Shown: positions 24,395-37,989 of the stretch, one piece after another | Layout of the letters: each line of letters opens with the position of its first letter | Position numbering within the stretch: the first letter of the stretch is position 1 | Source of the DNA: Nageia nagi | Lineage: Eukaryota > Plantae > Pinophyta | Length of the DNA: 64,000 bases | Direction: 5' to 3' | NCBI GenBank assembly: GCA_050084985.1 | Contig: JBITNC010000001.1 | Coordinates: 191,766,001 to 191,830,000 of the forward strand | Translations under genes and position numbers: made by a program | The notes under the pieces: generated by a model | The model's database searches: none | Told to the model about the DNA's origin: nothing | The model's input: the letters and a program-made list of their open reading frames with translations, nothing else

Positions 24395-26009
24395 GTAACA
24401 ACCATTGAATTCATTGTTTTCAATTTACCAGTGGATAAACAATGCTCGTGTTGTCTTGTCACTTAACTGATGTCCATCCTTTACTTACTGCCTTGCAACA
24501 TTCAACATGTTTTATTGCATATTCAATTCCATATTTAGTTTATGACGAGCAGTTGTATGCTTAGGAGTAGGAGTAGGACTCCTTTATTTGAAAAGGGCAC
24601 AAGGTAACATAGTTCCATAACCGCATTTTATTTTATAGCCACAGAATGGTTCTCCTCAGTGCCTTCAAAAGAACATGATCCTAGGAGTAATGGGGGTCAC
24701 TACAGGCTTCTTGTTCCATTTCCTTGTGATTCTCCTCTACCTCGTGCAAATGGTAAACATGATGGTGCAGAATAAAGGCATAAAATCAGACATTCAATTT
24801 CACAAGAATGATGGTTCCGGGAAGGGGGAATAAACCATTATTATTTGTTCTTGCAAGCAAGGAGGAACCCAAAATGAAGAATTTACTACAGGAACATTTC
24901 TAAATTCTCAGGTTGGGATTATTATTATATATATAAAGTTGACTAGTAGGCTAGAACTGAAAAACTAAAACTTCCAAAAGGGCGTTAAGCCTTTGCCAAT
25001 TTTAGATATTGCAGATCAAAATGTGCTGGAAGATAGAACTTGATGTTATACCATGTTACCTTGGGCAGTCTTTAATCCACTTAAAATTCTTTTCGTTGGA
25101 TTTGTGGGAGTGTCCTTTGTATAACAATTCTACCATACTTCATGTTCTAAAAGCAAAGTTGCAAGGATATTAATACCTTCATTGAATTCTATGTGTATGC
25201 AAAAATCTACGTGCCAGAAGAACCATTAAACAGAATTATCTTAAAAAGTATGTATCGATTTTGAATTACAGTTGAAAGGAGAGTCAGAGAACTACAAATG
25301 TTTGGACACTATTGACAAATAATATGTGTTATTTAAAAGCTTAATGTTTTGTTCTCTTCAAAAAATCCCTCTGGATTTTGCCTCTGGATTTTGTTAGATC
25401 TTTATGGTATCTGGGCAGTATCTGATATGGATGCAGATGCAATGCAAGTTATAAAATAAATCCATACAATATTCTTTAGTCCCTCATAAGACTTTGTAAC
25501 TTCTTGTTACACTTAGTTTACAGGACGTACTTGAAACAATCAAACTACTCACCTTTTTTTTGCCCTTTTTGAGCCAACTAGCACTTTTTGGCTGGGCAGG
25601 CATTCAGCACCTTGGCCGTCCCATAGATTGTTCATACCAAGCTTACAATTTCCCAGTCGAGCATGGGATCTATATTGAACAAGTTACACATAAATCAGCC
25701 TATGCAGTTGGAATGTTGGAAATGTTTCACTGTTTGATTGCAGAGGTTTTCACTAGAGCATTCACCAGAGACTACAACCATTTGGTCTCATTGATATCAA
25801 TTTAAATTGTTTATTCTGGGCAGATGCATCACAGTCCTAAGCACAGATGTAACACCTTCCTGAGGATATATCCCTGGCTAATGCTCCTTTCATCAAGAAA
25901 GAGGTTGATGATAACATATAATCAGAAAAGGAATGGGGATTAGGATTGAAGAGGCTTTGGAGCAAGAAAACCCAGTGTTAACACTTTTCTTGCTCCAAAG
26001 CAACTTAAA

Positions 26010-26941
26010 AGTGTTAAAACTGCCATATTTATTTGGTCCAAATACCACATTAAGTCCTATGCGTTCCGTGTTCTCACGTTGTTTCACTTCTTTGTGCATG
26101 TATTTGAGCATTTACTGCAATATTTGTATCTTGCCGTTTCTTAGTTAATATGTAATATGGAATTTTTCATTTTAGAAAATTCCATTGTAAATGAATAAAA
26201 GACTTAATTAATTTTGTGAAGCTCTCATTGACCTTTTTTCGTCCATAAATCTTCAATATGTTTTTTATCATTTTATTTCTTCATGGCTTACTTTGTTAAG
26301 TTTTTTGCAAGTTCATTTAGTAACCAGCTGATTTTCTGAGCGTTGCATGCCATTTGTGCTTTTTCTTTCAACTACTGAAATTATATTCTCTCTAATGTGG
26401 TCTGCTCAAACATCTTGGTCAATTTCCTTCAGAAGAACATTTAGTTAGCTGTTTCAGCAACCGTCTGTCTTAAAAGCTTATCTACAAAGTCCCATTTATT
26501 TCATGTTCTCATGCTGATTCACTTCTTTGTGAAAGTATTTGAGCATTTACTGCAAGCCTTGTGTCTTGTCTGTTCTAGTTTATATGTAATATGAAATTTT
26601 TCTTAATAGAAAATTTAATTTGAATTGTTTAAAAGACTATGCTAATCTCCGTGAAGCTCTCCTTGACCTTTTGCATCCATTAAACTTCATGATGTTTTTT
26701 TTGTCATTTTGTGTTGTTTTTGTTTACTTTTTGAAGTTCTTTGCAAATTCATGTGTTAAGCAGCTGATTTTCTGAATTTTTCATGCCATTTGTATTTTTT
26801 TTTTCAACTATTGAAATCGTATTCTCTCTAATGTCATCTCCTCAAATATCTGGGTTAATTTCCTTCAGAACAACATTTAGTAAACTGTTTCAGAAACCAT
26901 CTATGTTAAGAACTTATATCTATAACATTGCCATATATTTG
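26010..26941. repeat. ~435-bp diverged tandem duplication in intron 1
   Basis: tgttctca.g.tg.ttcacttctttgtg...tatttgagcatttactgcaa at 26069 and 26504, collinear throughout. Confidence 0.9.
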
Positions 26942-27997
26942 AAATTTTGAACCACCACTACGTAGAGGGCAATAAATCAACAGGAACTGATTCTCTTTCC
27001 TTCAAGCCAGAGTAATGAGCTTATTATAGCATTGACCAATGATGAAAAATTTGCAATCATGGATTGTGTCTTCACTAAGCATGAACAGTGTATAATGGAC
27101 CCATTATGCCCTTCTACTTTGGATGTGCTTTAACGAACAAAAGGACCTTGATGTCAGTGTAGAAAATTGTACTTAACAATTGATTTTTTTGGCTTTGGTC
27201 TTGTAATCTGTATTATACAACATGCCTCGTTTTTTTTCGCCAATCATTGAATTATTAGAAGGCGCATTTGTTTCCTTGTTAGCTAGAATTACAGTTTTGA
27301 GACTTTAAAAGAGTTTCCAAGTCTTAAGCAGACTCAGGGCTAATGAGCTAAGATGACTAGCTTGCAAGCCTTTCCAAGTCTTAGCGAATCCAACAAGTTT
27401 GAGGATTCTACTCCTAGGCAAGTGTGTTTGTGTCAGTCCAAAGAGGAAGAAAACAAATCGAAATACAAAGCAATATTAAACAACCTACATATTCCAATTT
27501 TTTTTTTCGTTTATTATGTATAATGAAATTTTGATTTATAATGGATGTAGGTGATGTGAGTTTTTTTTTGGTTAGTAAATTGGGGACTGGATAATATCTG
27601 GGTTCCCACATGACCCACACCATTCACAATTATATTTCACAACCATAACTACATTTAAAAGCTCTTAACAGTTGCATCATCTTTACACTTCAACATCATC
27701 CATGATGTCATTACAAAGTCCAAGATGGTGTTGAGATTTAAACCTTGGTGGGTGTCGAAACACACCCTAATGAAGGAATTGATGAACTAATGTTCCATTA
27801 ACAGCTGATGTGAGTTTGTTGAGGAATATATAAAACTATTTATTTTGTTGAGTTTGCTAAAATATGTGATTTTTTGGTTATTAAGTCTTGCTGAGATTTT
27901 TTCAAATGAGTTAAAAACAGGTCTACCAATTCTGAATCTCAAAACTATGGTTATAATATTATTTGCTTAATTATATGGTACTTGAAATTGGATGTGC

Positions 27998-28179
27998 ACT
28001 TATCTTACCAAAATCAGAATATAAATAGAGATATAGACATTCCTTTTTTCCAGAATGTATACTTATCTTACCAAAATCAGAATAGACTTAGACATGTACA
28101 CATTCCTTTTTTCCAGAATGTATACTTATCTTACCAAAATCAGAATAGACTTAGACATGTACACATTCCTTTTTTCCAG
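27998..28179. repeat. 63-bp tandem repeat, ~2.9 units
   Basis: acttatcttaccaaaatcagaata at 27998, 28061, 28124. Confidence 0.95.
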
Positions 28180-28649
28180 GCTTCCTAACCTTGCTTCTAT
28201 ACCAGGAGCTTTATATAATCATCATAAGTAGAGACTTGGTGCCTTATAGTACACTTCATCAAAGAAAATAGTTTCGTAATATTCGTTTTGAGGGACTGTG
28301 ATAAAGGATCACAACACTATCATCGGGATTCTTTGAATGTTTTTATATGAATATCCTTTTGTTGGAACTTTGATTGACATCATTTTTTTTGCCACTATTT
28401 TTTTGTTCTTCATGTGCAATATGGAGATCTACAAATGTATGTTTCATTGTTGACCTCAACATCATTGCCAATGAGTAAGAATAGTGTATCTCATTGAATC
28501 TGAAAAAGTATTAGAGGAACATTGAGAGAGGATAAGCATGGCATTGCTACAACATACAAGAGGCATTTTCTTTAGCATGGTGAATCACAAGGTCTATATT
28601 CTTAATTGGCTCCCTTGCTTTTCAAATATTTGACAATTTTACCTATTTC

Positions 28650-30618
28650 CCTCATAGTGGGGGTGTGAGTGTGGTGGATTACACTCTAAACAACATACCT
28701 TTGATTCCCTACATCCATGACCGTTATGTCTCACACCATCTTCCCCTAGTAGATCATGCAAGAATGACTTTTTCTCTTAGCTTGACCTCCGCACTACCAC
28801 CCCCTTCTTCCCCCATCCTTCCTTCCCTTAGGCTCCTCTAGTACTTGCCATCCCACTATTCTTTTTGATGCTTGGTATGCCAATGGTTATGTTACCCACC
28901 TCTCCCAACTTCTTACTGAAATAACAAGTCAATTCCCTCTCTCTACTAACACTATCAAATACGAGTTTTTATCCCTCAACCTTTCTCATGCAACTTTTGA
29001 CTTTTTTCCCCATAAGACACACCACTCCAATCTATCTCGCCCTTTTGGGTCTTGCCTTAGGAATCTTTGCTACGATAACAAGTGTAAGTCTATGCACTAG
29101 AGAATTCCCTTTGCTTTAACCATGACCCTTCATCCATATTGGGCATGCAGATAGATTACAGTTGTCTTCTTAGATGGAAGAAACAAGAGTTTCTTGCATC
29201 CATATGATGTGAGCTCATCAACTCTCTTCACCACATTGCTAAGGTCTTTTGGTGTACCCTCTTCTCGAGGAAACCTTCTCCATTAGACATTGATTCCCAA
29301 ATATGGCTTTCTTATGCTAGCTCTCTTTACTATATTCTAGATCAACAAGTTCTATGTGTTTCTTCTCCTCCTCCTTCTTGTTAGTTATTCTGCCTAGGGG
29401 ACATTTAGATAGCCATTGTGAGGGTCTTCACGTAGAGTTCCTCAAATAGGTAATTGATAAGTGGTCGTCGCCTTCTTTACTCATACCTTGTCATGTACGT
29501 TTAGCAAGTGTCTTGGAAATTCCATAAGGATTATACGATCACTTGCATAACAGGGTAGCCTGTAAGGGGCTTCTTTGGAGGCATAGACCCCGAGGTAGGT
29601 GAACTCTATGTCTTTTGCAAAGAAGTCCATGTGTCCCTTGATAGCGGCAACAACCCTTTTGGATATTCTGAATACGTTGGCTCTGCCTAGGATCTCTTCG
29701 TAAATTTTGCCTTCAAAACCATCGGTCATCATCATCTAGTTTCCAGTATTCCATTTATTATGAGCATAGAACCGGGGGTAATTTTCCCACACTAGATGTG
29801 TAGGGTTGTACAGATATTGGGTATTGGCAATTGAAGTTACCCTCTCCCTACCATGAAGGAGTAGGAAAATTAGGTAGGAGTTCATATAGAATTTCTTACT
29901 CTTTTGAATGTGTTTCAGTTGTTGAGCCAAGGAATCACTAATTACTCTGCTCCACCTAACATCTTTACTGCTACTGATTAGCTCTATAAACCCCGTGAAT
30001 TTTGGCTGGAATTTGGTGTCATCTTTCTCTCCGATCACTCTGGAAAGCATGGATATTAGTTTGGAGACTACTGGATAGAGCTCTCCTCTGTTTGGCATTG
30101 CTAAGGCTCTCCCTGTGAGACGCTTGCAGTCATCGGTCAACCAATCTCTAATCAAATCAGCTGGAGGTTTTAGACCCTTGTAGAACTTCAAGGAGTCTTG
30201 CATGCTATATGATAGGCCTTTGCCCTTCCAAGTGAATGCCCTTTCTATTCCTTCCTCAGAGAACTTCATGATTATCTTGTTTCTTCTATCGAGAAGTCTC
30301 TGCTCTCGGATGTCGCAATGCTTTCCCAGCTTGTAGCACAACTTAGGGAAGGGGTGGCAAATGGCACCATAGAAGCTGATAGTAGTAAGGAAGTTTTCAA
30401 GGTGTCCTTCACTATCGAAGCTAGATCTAATGTATGTATTTTCATTAGAGTTTTAATTGGATCAAGGAAGTTACAATCTGTATCTCCGATCTCACTCAGT
30501 TGGTCAATGATTCTTGCGGTGGGCATCACGGGCTCTGACGTATGTTCAAGAGTGATGGGACTATCCATCGTGAGCCTTTTCTGCTTCTATCTTTGATATT
30601 TTGAGCAACTAACACCAT
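28650..30618 (-). pseudogene. Unknown TE accessory protein, copy 1 (N-terminal domain, frameshifted)
   Basis: ORF pieces 30272-30568, 29736-30341 and 29481-29735 align with copy 3: PFATP, CYKLGKH, AFTWKGKG, ISMLSRV, VISDSL, FYMNSYL, LPCYASDRIILMEF. Confidence 0.85.
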
Positions 30619-31859
30619 CTTGTTCCTATCTAAGAGAACAACACAGTGTTAGAGGAGTCTTGGGAAGCTTGTGGCACTTTCTAGGCAAGCTAAGAGAATT
30701 TTTCAAAAAAATGGGATTTTGGGCATTTTTTCTTTGAAGTGTGCCATCATCGAAAAATGTCATGGTTTGCAATTTCAAAGCCTTCAGGGTGAGTTTAAGG
30801 TGATACAAAGGTAGCTGCCTCAAAGGGGAATGCCTTGCAAAAATTTAGGATGATCGGAGAATTTTCAAGTTTTTCTCAAACCAATTGGCATATGGTGCTA
30901 GAATTAAGTTCTAACACCTTAGATGGATGGGGAATGAATGGGGAAGGTGTTTCAAACTTTGAAACATCCAAAACGGACTTCAGAAACAATTTTTGGAGTT
31001 TTCTGAAATTTTTTTGGATTTTTTTCAAGAAATGAGGATTTTGAGCACTCAGATCTTGGATCTTATGAATTTTTTTGTGTTTTTTAGCCGAAAATAAAAG
31101 TTGATCACATGGATAAAGGGTATCCAAAAAAGTGATTAAACTTGAAATCTGAAAAAATAAATTTTCAAGTGTTTGAGGTTTGAAAAATGGGTTTTTGTTA
31201 AAAAATCCACAAAACTTGGAAAAAATGGAGTTCGTGTGGATGAAGGATGCTTGGATTTCGAATTTTAATGGAGTTTGGGTGAATGGCCAAGATGCTAAGT
31301 GTTTGAAAAATCCTCCAAGGCTGGAAAAATGGCTTCTTTTCTCACTTGGCTTTCAAATTCTCAAAAATTTGGGCAGCATAAGGGGTGCAAAAATGAGAGG
31401 TGAGCAAAATGGAGGGGGTATGGTCATATTTATAGACTTAAGGGGGTCAAAAGTGCCACATTTCACTTCCATATCAACCCTAAGTGAAAAACTTGCAATT
31501 TAGACCATTCCCTCTCATGCCCAACGTTGGAAAAGTGGAGGAAAATGGGGATTTAACCCAAAACCTGCACCTAAGTGTGGAAGGGGCAGTTTTGGAGCAA
31601 CATGGGGGGTCTTGGAAGCAAAGATGATGGCCTTGGAATGCTCTACAACCTCCATGCTTCAGATTTGGATTTCAAATTTTGAGATTTTTGAAGGAAATCC
31701 ATTTTTTTTGAGTTTTCTCAGCCCTTAGATCCTTTTTGGATGCAAAAAGGTGGTTTTTAGGAGTTTGTGTGAGACAAATTGCACAAATGATAGGTCAAAA
31801 TGGTGTAGAATCACACCACCTACCTCATAGAAGTGAAAAATTGCAATTTTGGGCATTTT

Positions 31860-33110
31860 TAGGGACCAAGGAGGCTAGGCACAGGTTTTAGGATGTTTAG
31901 GCAAGTTTTCAAAAATGAAAAAAATGGGGGATAACTTGCTAGTTTTTGGAGCAAATTTGCAAGAGGCAAAGATGCTTGCATTTGGATTTTGAACCCTACC
32001 TTTCTTTCCAATTTTATTTTTGGGATTTTTGAAATTTTTTGGAAAATTTTGGAGCTCTCCCATTGGCTGATCCAAATTTTGGGATTTTGAGGGAGTAGAT
32101 CAACTTTTTTCCAAAAACTTGAAACATGAAAGAGATGCAAAATTGGATTTCCCATACTCCTAGGATCAAAATTTTTGATTTTTGAGCAAAAATAAGGGCT
32201 TGCAAGCTAGGTGCAGGTTTTAGGGGCTTTGGCATGTTTTTTGAAAATTTAGAAAATGAGGGAAACAAGTCAAAACTGCCGCCTAGCTGTTTGAGGGGGT
32301 AAACTTGAATTTTTTTTTGCAACATTGCAAGAGGCAATGTTGATCTCCTTTGAATTTTGCACCTTACCTCACTTTCCTTTTTTGATTTGACCAATTTTGG
32401 AAAATTTAGAGAAAATTTGGAGCCCTCTCATTGGTCAATCGAAATTTGATGATTTGAGAAGGTAGATTTCATTTTTTAAAAAAATTCAAATCATCAATCT
32501 TATGTGGAATCCCATCCTATACCCCTTGAAGGTCAAAATTTCCAATTTTTTTCAAATTTGGGCCACAAGAAGGGTAGGCATAGGTTTTGAGGCATTTAGG
32601 CCATTTTCCAAATTTTGGAATTTGAGGGAAACAAGGCAAAACCAACGCCTAGCTCTAGGAGGGTCAAAATTTGCCCAATTTTGAAAATTCCAAGAGGAAA
32701 GGTGCCTAATTTTTGATTTGCCATCCTGTCTCACTCTTCAAATTTTCATCTTGACACTTTTGGGAATTTTAGAAATTTTGGAGCATTCTCATTGGCTGCC
32801 CTTTTGCTCATTTTCCTGTTTTTCTCACTTTCGGTGGAACAAAATTCGTTGAAATCGCGAACTTGAAAGACCAATTTGATGTAGAATCGCAATGCCCATG
32901 CTCCTGAGCTTAGAAATTGCCATTTTGAATCAATTTGGGCCTCCCAAAAGGTAGTCGCAGGTTTTGAAGAGATTAGGCCATTTTTCGAAATTTATTGAGT
33001 TAGGGAAAACTTGGAAAACTCCCCCCTAACTTTTTGGGGATCAAAAATCGAGTTTTTTTGAAATTTCCAACAGTAGATTGGCCTTAATTTGTCATTTGGC
33101 ACCATACCTC
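31860..33110. repeat. Four degenerate 330-380-bp units upstream of copy 1
   Basis: (g/c)tagg..caggtttt anchor at ~31872, 32205, 32572, 32950; ATTGG in each unit. Confidence 0.7.
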
Positions 33111-34057
33111 TCTCTTGGATTTGGAAAAAACTCACTTTTCGGGCTCAAACTAAAGCTTTTCGGAGGCCCAAACGCTCATTTCTTGATCCTAGCCCACAAG
33201 GGAGCTCGAATTGCTTTTCCTCATTCATCCTGGGCTATATTGTACATTCCTGACCTTCTTCGTCTTTTACGGGCCCAAATGGTGCATTTCTTGCAATTTC
33301 TAGTATTTCCAGGCTCTAAGTATGAATTTCGACCATTTCCGGAAATTTCTGAGCTTGAACAATGAAAAAAGATCATTTCTGGCATTTTGAGCCCAAAATC
33401 TACATTTCTGGCCTTTTCGGGCATTTTCAAGCACTTTGAGCTCAAACTTGCATTTTTGGTCATTTTCGAGTTTTTTGGGCTTAAATCGTGCAAAGATGCG
33501 CACTTTCAACATAGTGACCATTTCTGGGCTTAAAATTGACCAAAACGTGCTTTTCCATGCTTCTGACTATTTTCTTGCTCCTTGGGCTCAAAATTGATAA
33601 AAAACGCACTTTTTGGCTGTAGATATCCTTTTTGGGCTCAATTTGTACAAAAACACATTTTCATCATCTTAACTGTATCCATTGCTCCCGGGCTCAAACT
33701 CGATGAAAAACGCACCTTTTGTCGTCTTGGCACCTTTGTTGCTGAGACTTGCCAAAACGAAGCCTTTTCTGCCCTGATGGTCATTCGCTCAAAATTCCGT
33801 TGTTTGGGTGTTTTTGTGATCCACAACTCCATCTTGTGAGACAATACTCGAGATCGAGCCCTGGCTTGGCCACTGGTTGAGCTGAACTGTTTCCATGACT
33901 CGAGGGCATGCTCATCTGCTACTTTGATCATTTGGCCGTTTTGGGTTTCCATACTGGCCATAAGTTGATCATGCCCAGGCAATGTTGCTCATTGTCGTTT
34001 GAAAAAAAATGGGTTTCCAAAATGCTGCATCTTGGGGTGTGTTGTGCAGGCACAACA

Positions 34058-35945
34058 GCTCACCATGCACAACTCCAAGAATGGGACTGCGAAAGGGATG
34101 GTTGAAGTTGTCACAAGACCTGAGAAGAACAAGATAACTCGCTTTAAAGTCCTAGGATCCATTCTGGAGACTTTCTCTCTCACTTGCATCGAATCAATAT
34201 TCTACCAATCTATGCCCCCAATGGTGGCGAATCCACATTCTTGGTGAACCTGGCCCCTTGATACAAGTCCTATTGTCTCACGCACATATCTATGATGCTA
34301 TCTCCTCAACCACCCCAATTGCTTGGCGAGCTCCTTGGCCGCATCACTCCATGAGGTTCCCATTTCAAAGATGTACAATTGATTAAATCTCTCTTAAATC
34401 CCCACGCAAGTTTGGGTTGAAGAGGATTTCGAAATTATTTCCTAGTTATCACCTTCTTCTTCTTCTCTTTGGTGCAAGTGTTGAAGAGCAAATGATTTGG
34501 ATTTGAAGAAATGAGCTCCCCTTTCACCTTTAAATACCAAAAATGAGGTTTCCAGTTGCCCTAATCAGCCAAGATTGGCCAAAACAGAGGCAAAATGATC
34601 TTATCCCTTCTATTTGGCCGACCTTGGGATGTGCACCTATCAAAATTTTGAAAATTTGCACTTTGTGACCCAACGTCTGGGCTTTAAGGGACCTTTTGGG
34701 CTAGCGCATGCCTCCAAAAGTCATAATCTTGACTTTTTGTCTCATGCGCTAGTCTTGGGAGGTTGATGAAACCTTGCGCATGCCTTCTTGGGTATTCAGT
34801 TCATCTTCTTCACCCTTGAGCTAGTCTTTTTGCTCAAATTCTTCATGATTTCACCTTCTCCTGGCCCATAATAGTCCAAATTCATCCTTAAACACTTCCT
34901 GGGGCCTCTCCAGGCTTGGCACATGCCTTAGAAAGTCAAAATTATGTCTTTTTTCGTACGCCATCCTTGTTTGTGCTCCTTCTTTAGACGCATTGTTTCC
35001 AAAGTCATAATTATGACTTTTGGAGTCATGTGCTTGGCTTCTCTTGCCTTGCGTTGCTCAATTTTGGGTCTTTAAGCTCTTGAGTTAGCTATTTTTCACC
35101 TTTAGAATGAGTTAGACCCCCTCTTGAGCCTGGCACATGGCTTGAGAAGTCACAATCTTATCTTTTGGATCCATGCGCTAACCTCCCTGTGTGTCGAGTT
35201 TTTGGAGCATTGTTTCAATTATGACTTTTGAAAACATACGTTGGGTTGTCTTGGTGGTTCTGGGTAAGTTATGATGTCGCTTTCTGTGCCTTAGCCAAAT
35301 TTCCACCTCAAAAATGCTTTCATCTTGCTCATGACACCAACGCAAGTTTTCCTGGGTGCTTAACTTCATCGAATTTCGCCTTGACCTCGACCTGTATCTC
35401 TCCCCCTGGTTGGCGCATGCCTCAAAAATTCATAATCATGACTTTTGAAGTCATGCACTGTGCCTTAGGATGCCCAAATTCGCCCTTTTGCACCTTGATC
35501 TCAACTTAGGGGGTCTTTCTTGTTTGGCGCATGCCTGAAAGTCACAATCATGACTTCTAAAGTCATGTGTTGGCCTCTCAGTGACTTGCCTTTGCTTAAC
35601 TTTGCTCCGAACTCTCTTAGGAAGACTACCTCCACCTGGTGCATGCTCCAAATAGTCACAATCTTGTCTTTCAGATCCGTGCGCTTGCCTCTTGGACACC
35701 TCCCTTCGCTGGATTTAGCTTCAAGCTTCACTTGGAAGACTACCTCCTATGGTTCAAAAAGTCATAAACATGACTTTTGAAGTCATGCAATGGCCTCTTG
35801 GAGGCTTCATTTCACCTTGCTTCGCATCAAACTTGCTTTGTATTCCCTATTTTCACCTAATTTGACCTTCCTATCTCGAGACTTAGACATATTTGGACAA
35901 TTTTGGACTTGAACTACTATGGCTAAGACCAGGGAAGGCATGACA
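34058..35945 (-). mobile_element. Partial LTR-like sequence interrupted by the copy-1 unit
   Basis: Right end GGCATGACA (TGTCATGCC on minus); TATA-like motif ~34530; repeated palindromic motifs; no partner or TSD found. Confidence 0.55.
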
Positions 35946-36483
35946 GTTCTTGGTGAGATGATGAGCATTATGTCTAGATAGGTGAGAGGTTAAGCATTGC
36001 ACATCAAGACTTGGGTGAAGTGTTTTGGTTCCCAAAATTGCGAAATTTGGGACATGTTGTGCTAATCACAACATGGTGTTCTATTATTAACTTCACAATG
36101 ATATTGCTTCATATTGCTACTGGTTATTGTTATTATGCTATGAGTGTGGAATTCACATGTATTTCTCTTTTTTGAATTTTGTGCTATCTGAATCATAACA
36201 AGTTTCCTCTCCTTGCATGATAGACAGCTTATACTAAGACTGTTTTGATTTGCAAACTATATATTTGGCTCCGTGTGATAAGAAAGATGGAAAATTTGAA
36301 TTTGATATTCAGTAAACAATTGTAAAGTTGAATTTTGTTTGCAGCATAGTCCTCTGTCGTGCCTTATTTTTTTAACTGCTTGAAGAGTAGTAAAAAAACA
36401 AAAAAGTTGTGCTTTGAGAATTATATCCTTCTTTTTCAGAGTAAGTGATGCTGTCACTAAGAAAACTAAAATGTAATATACAG

Positions 36484-36625
36484 GGAATCCATTTAGCAGT
36501 GGTAGGAGCTTGTGACAGTCAGTTACTGGTAACAGCTACAGATCTGGAGCTAAGTGATGCATGTCTGGAGAAGATCTGTCATTTAAAGTCTTCCGGTTCT
36601 TCTCTGTCAGAAATGGATTCCATTG
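36484..36625 (+). CDS. Homoserine dehydrogenase-like protein, exon 2
   Basis: CAG|GGA acceptor; GIHLAVVGACDSQLLV..LEKICHLKSSGSSLS continues the family sequence; ends G|GTATCC, phase 1. Confidence 0.9.
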
Positions 36626-37408
36626 GTATCCTTCTGTGTTTGCTTTGCTCTTTGTCTGATTGTTATTTACAGCTTCCCTGTCTAAACTTTTATCGGTCTT
36701 GGAATGCTAGCATGCGAATTTTGTCTTTAGTAACTATTGAAATTGCCATATGTTCTTTACTATAATGACACTGACAAAACTTATTGAAAAACAGAGTTTT
36801 TATACATCTTAAATAGATGATTAGCAGAACAAGATTGGCAATCAGTATATAATTCAGTAGTTCCTTCCATGGTCTATCTGTCAATGTTTTCAAAGTAGTT
36901 GTGAAATCTCATTATGTAGTACATAATTTAATGGACCTATAGAAAATGGGAATGGTCCACATTTGTTCTGGGGAAAAAACATGGCTTTTGATGCTGTGGG
37001 CGCATATTTGCATTTTGAAGACAACTGAAATGTATAGTTAACACAGCTTGTGTCTAGGATTGTAAGGAGTTTATGTTTATCGAATTGAATATATTTGTAT
37101 AAATTGTGGTTTTTATTCCTTTAAGCACCAAAAACCAATGATGAAATACTAGTTTATTTCTAGGGAGTTAGAATAGATTGTAACAGCATAAAAGCATGTA
37201 CCCTGAAGGCAGTCATCTGTATATGGGCTATTGGATATTATAATTGTGCTACATATTCTTTCATACGTTCCTATTGACCTGTTCTCTTCATTCATACACA
37301 TTAATGTAGTTTGTTTGTTCTTTTCTTATGGGAATTTTCATAATCTTTTGAACACTCCATTGTCCTTGTTGGGAGATTTGAAGGATAGGGTATTCCCATA
37401 TTCATTAA

Positions 37409-37948
37409 TGGGAGAGAACTTTGCTCTTCAATAAAAAATCAGCCATACAAACATACTAAAATGACTGAAATTAAATACCATTTACCATGAACAAACATTA
37501 ACAACTCTTATCGAATTTCTTAGCATCTATTCAAAGTTTCAAACTTGATATAAAAATTCCCTTTTATATGTATAATATGATTGTTATAACATAACACCAT
37601 TAAAGATCTACCTTGAATCTCTTACAAACTTAGGCTAAAACTTAGTCTCAACCCCTTTTGCTTCAACTCATATTTTTACAAAAATATTCAATTACCTTAT
37701 TAACTATTTAACTATACTAAGTACATGTATTAAAATGAAACTACTTTTGATTTTTCACTTTTGAGTAAATTTTACTCAACCATAATATTTAAAAAAGTTA
37801 TAAATATCTTTGGTTACCTTACCAAAAGACATTATCTCCTCAAACTTGAAAAAGTTCAAAATATTTGTGCCATCTTATGAAAAGAGAAAAGTTTGAATCA
37901 ATCTCTTCAAACTCCCCCTTGATGCAAACTTTTCTTAATTCCTAATCT
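37409..37948 (-). mobile_element. Copia 3' end: PPT and probable 3' LTR
   Basis: AAGGGGGAG on minus at 37912-37920 followed by TTGAAGAG; left boundary approximate. Confidence 0.5.
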
Positions 37949-37989
37949 TGTAATGTCCCCAATTTTGAGAGATCTTGTAAAAAGCATAA

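Larger units (their letters stand above)
28650..34057 (-). mobile_element. Gene-carrying TE unit, copy 1 (palindromic 5' terminus, repeated upstream region, unknown ORF; 3' part lost)
   Basis: Terminus 34040-34057; TATAAATA on minus at 31427-31434; frameshifted ORF from ~30618 to ~28650. Confidence 0.7.

Noticed and set aside
25560-25880. Possible extra exon or antisense gene fragment in intron 1
   Set aside because: No recognisable protein in the frames examined and not needed for the gene model
36440-36440. 1-nt micro-exon as part of the protein
   Set aside because: It would shift the frame and leave a 43-nt intron; exons 1 and 2 already join in frame
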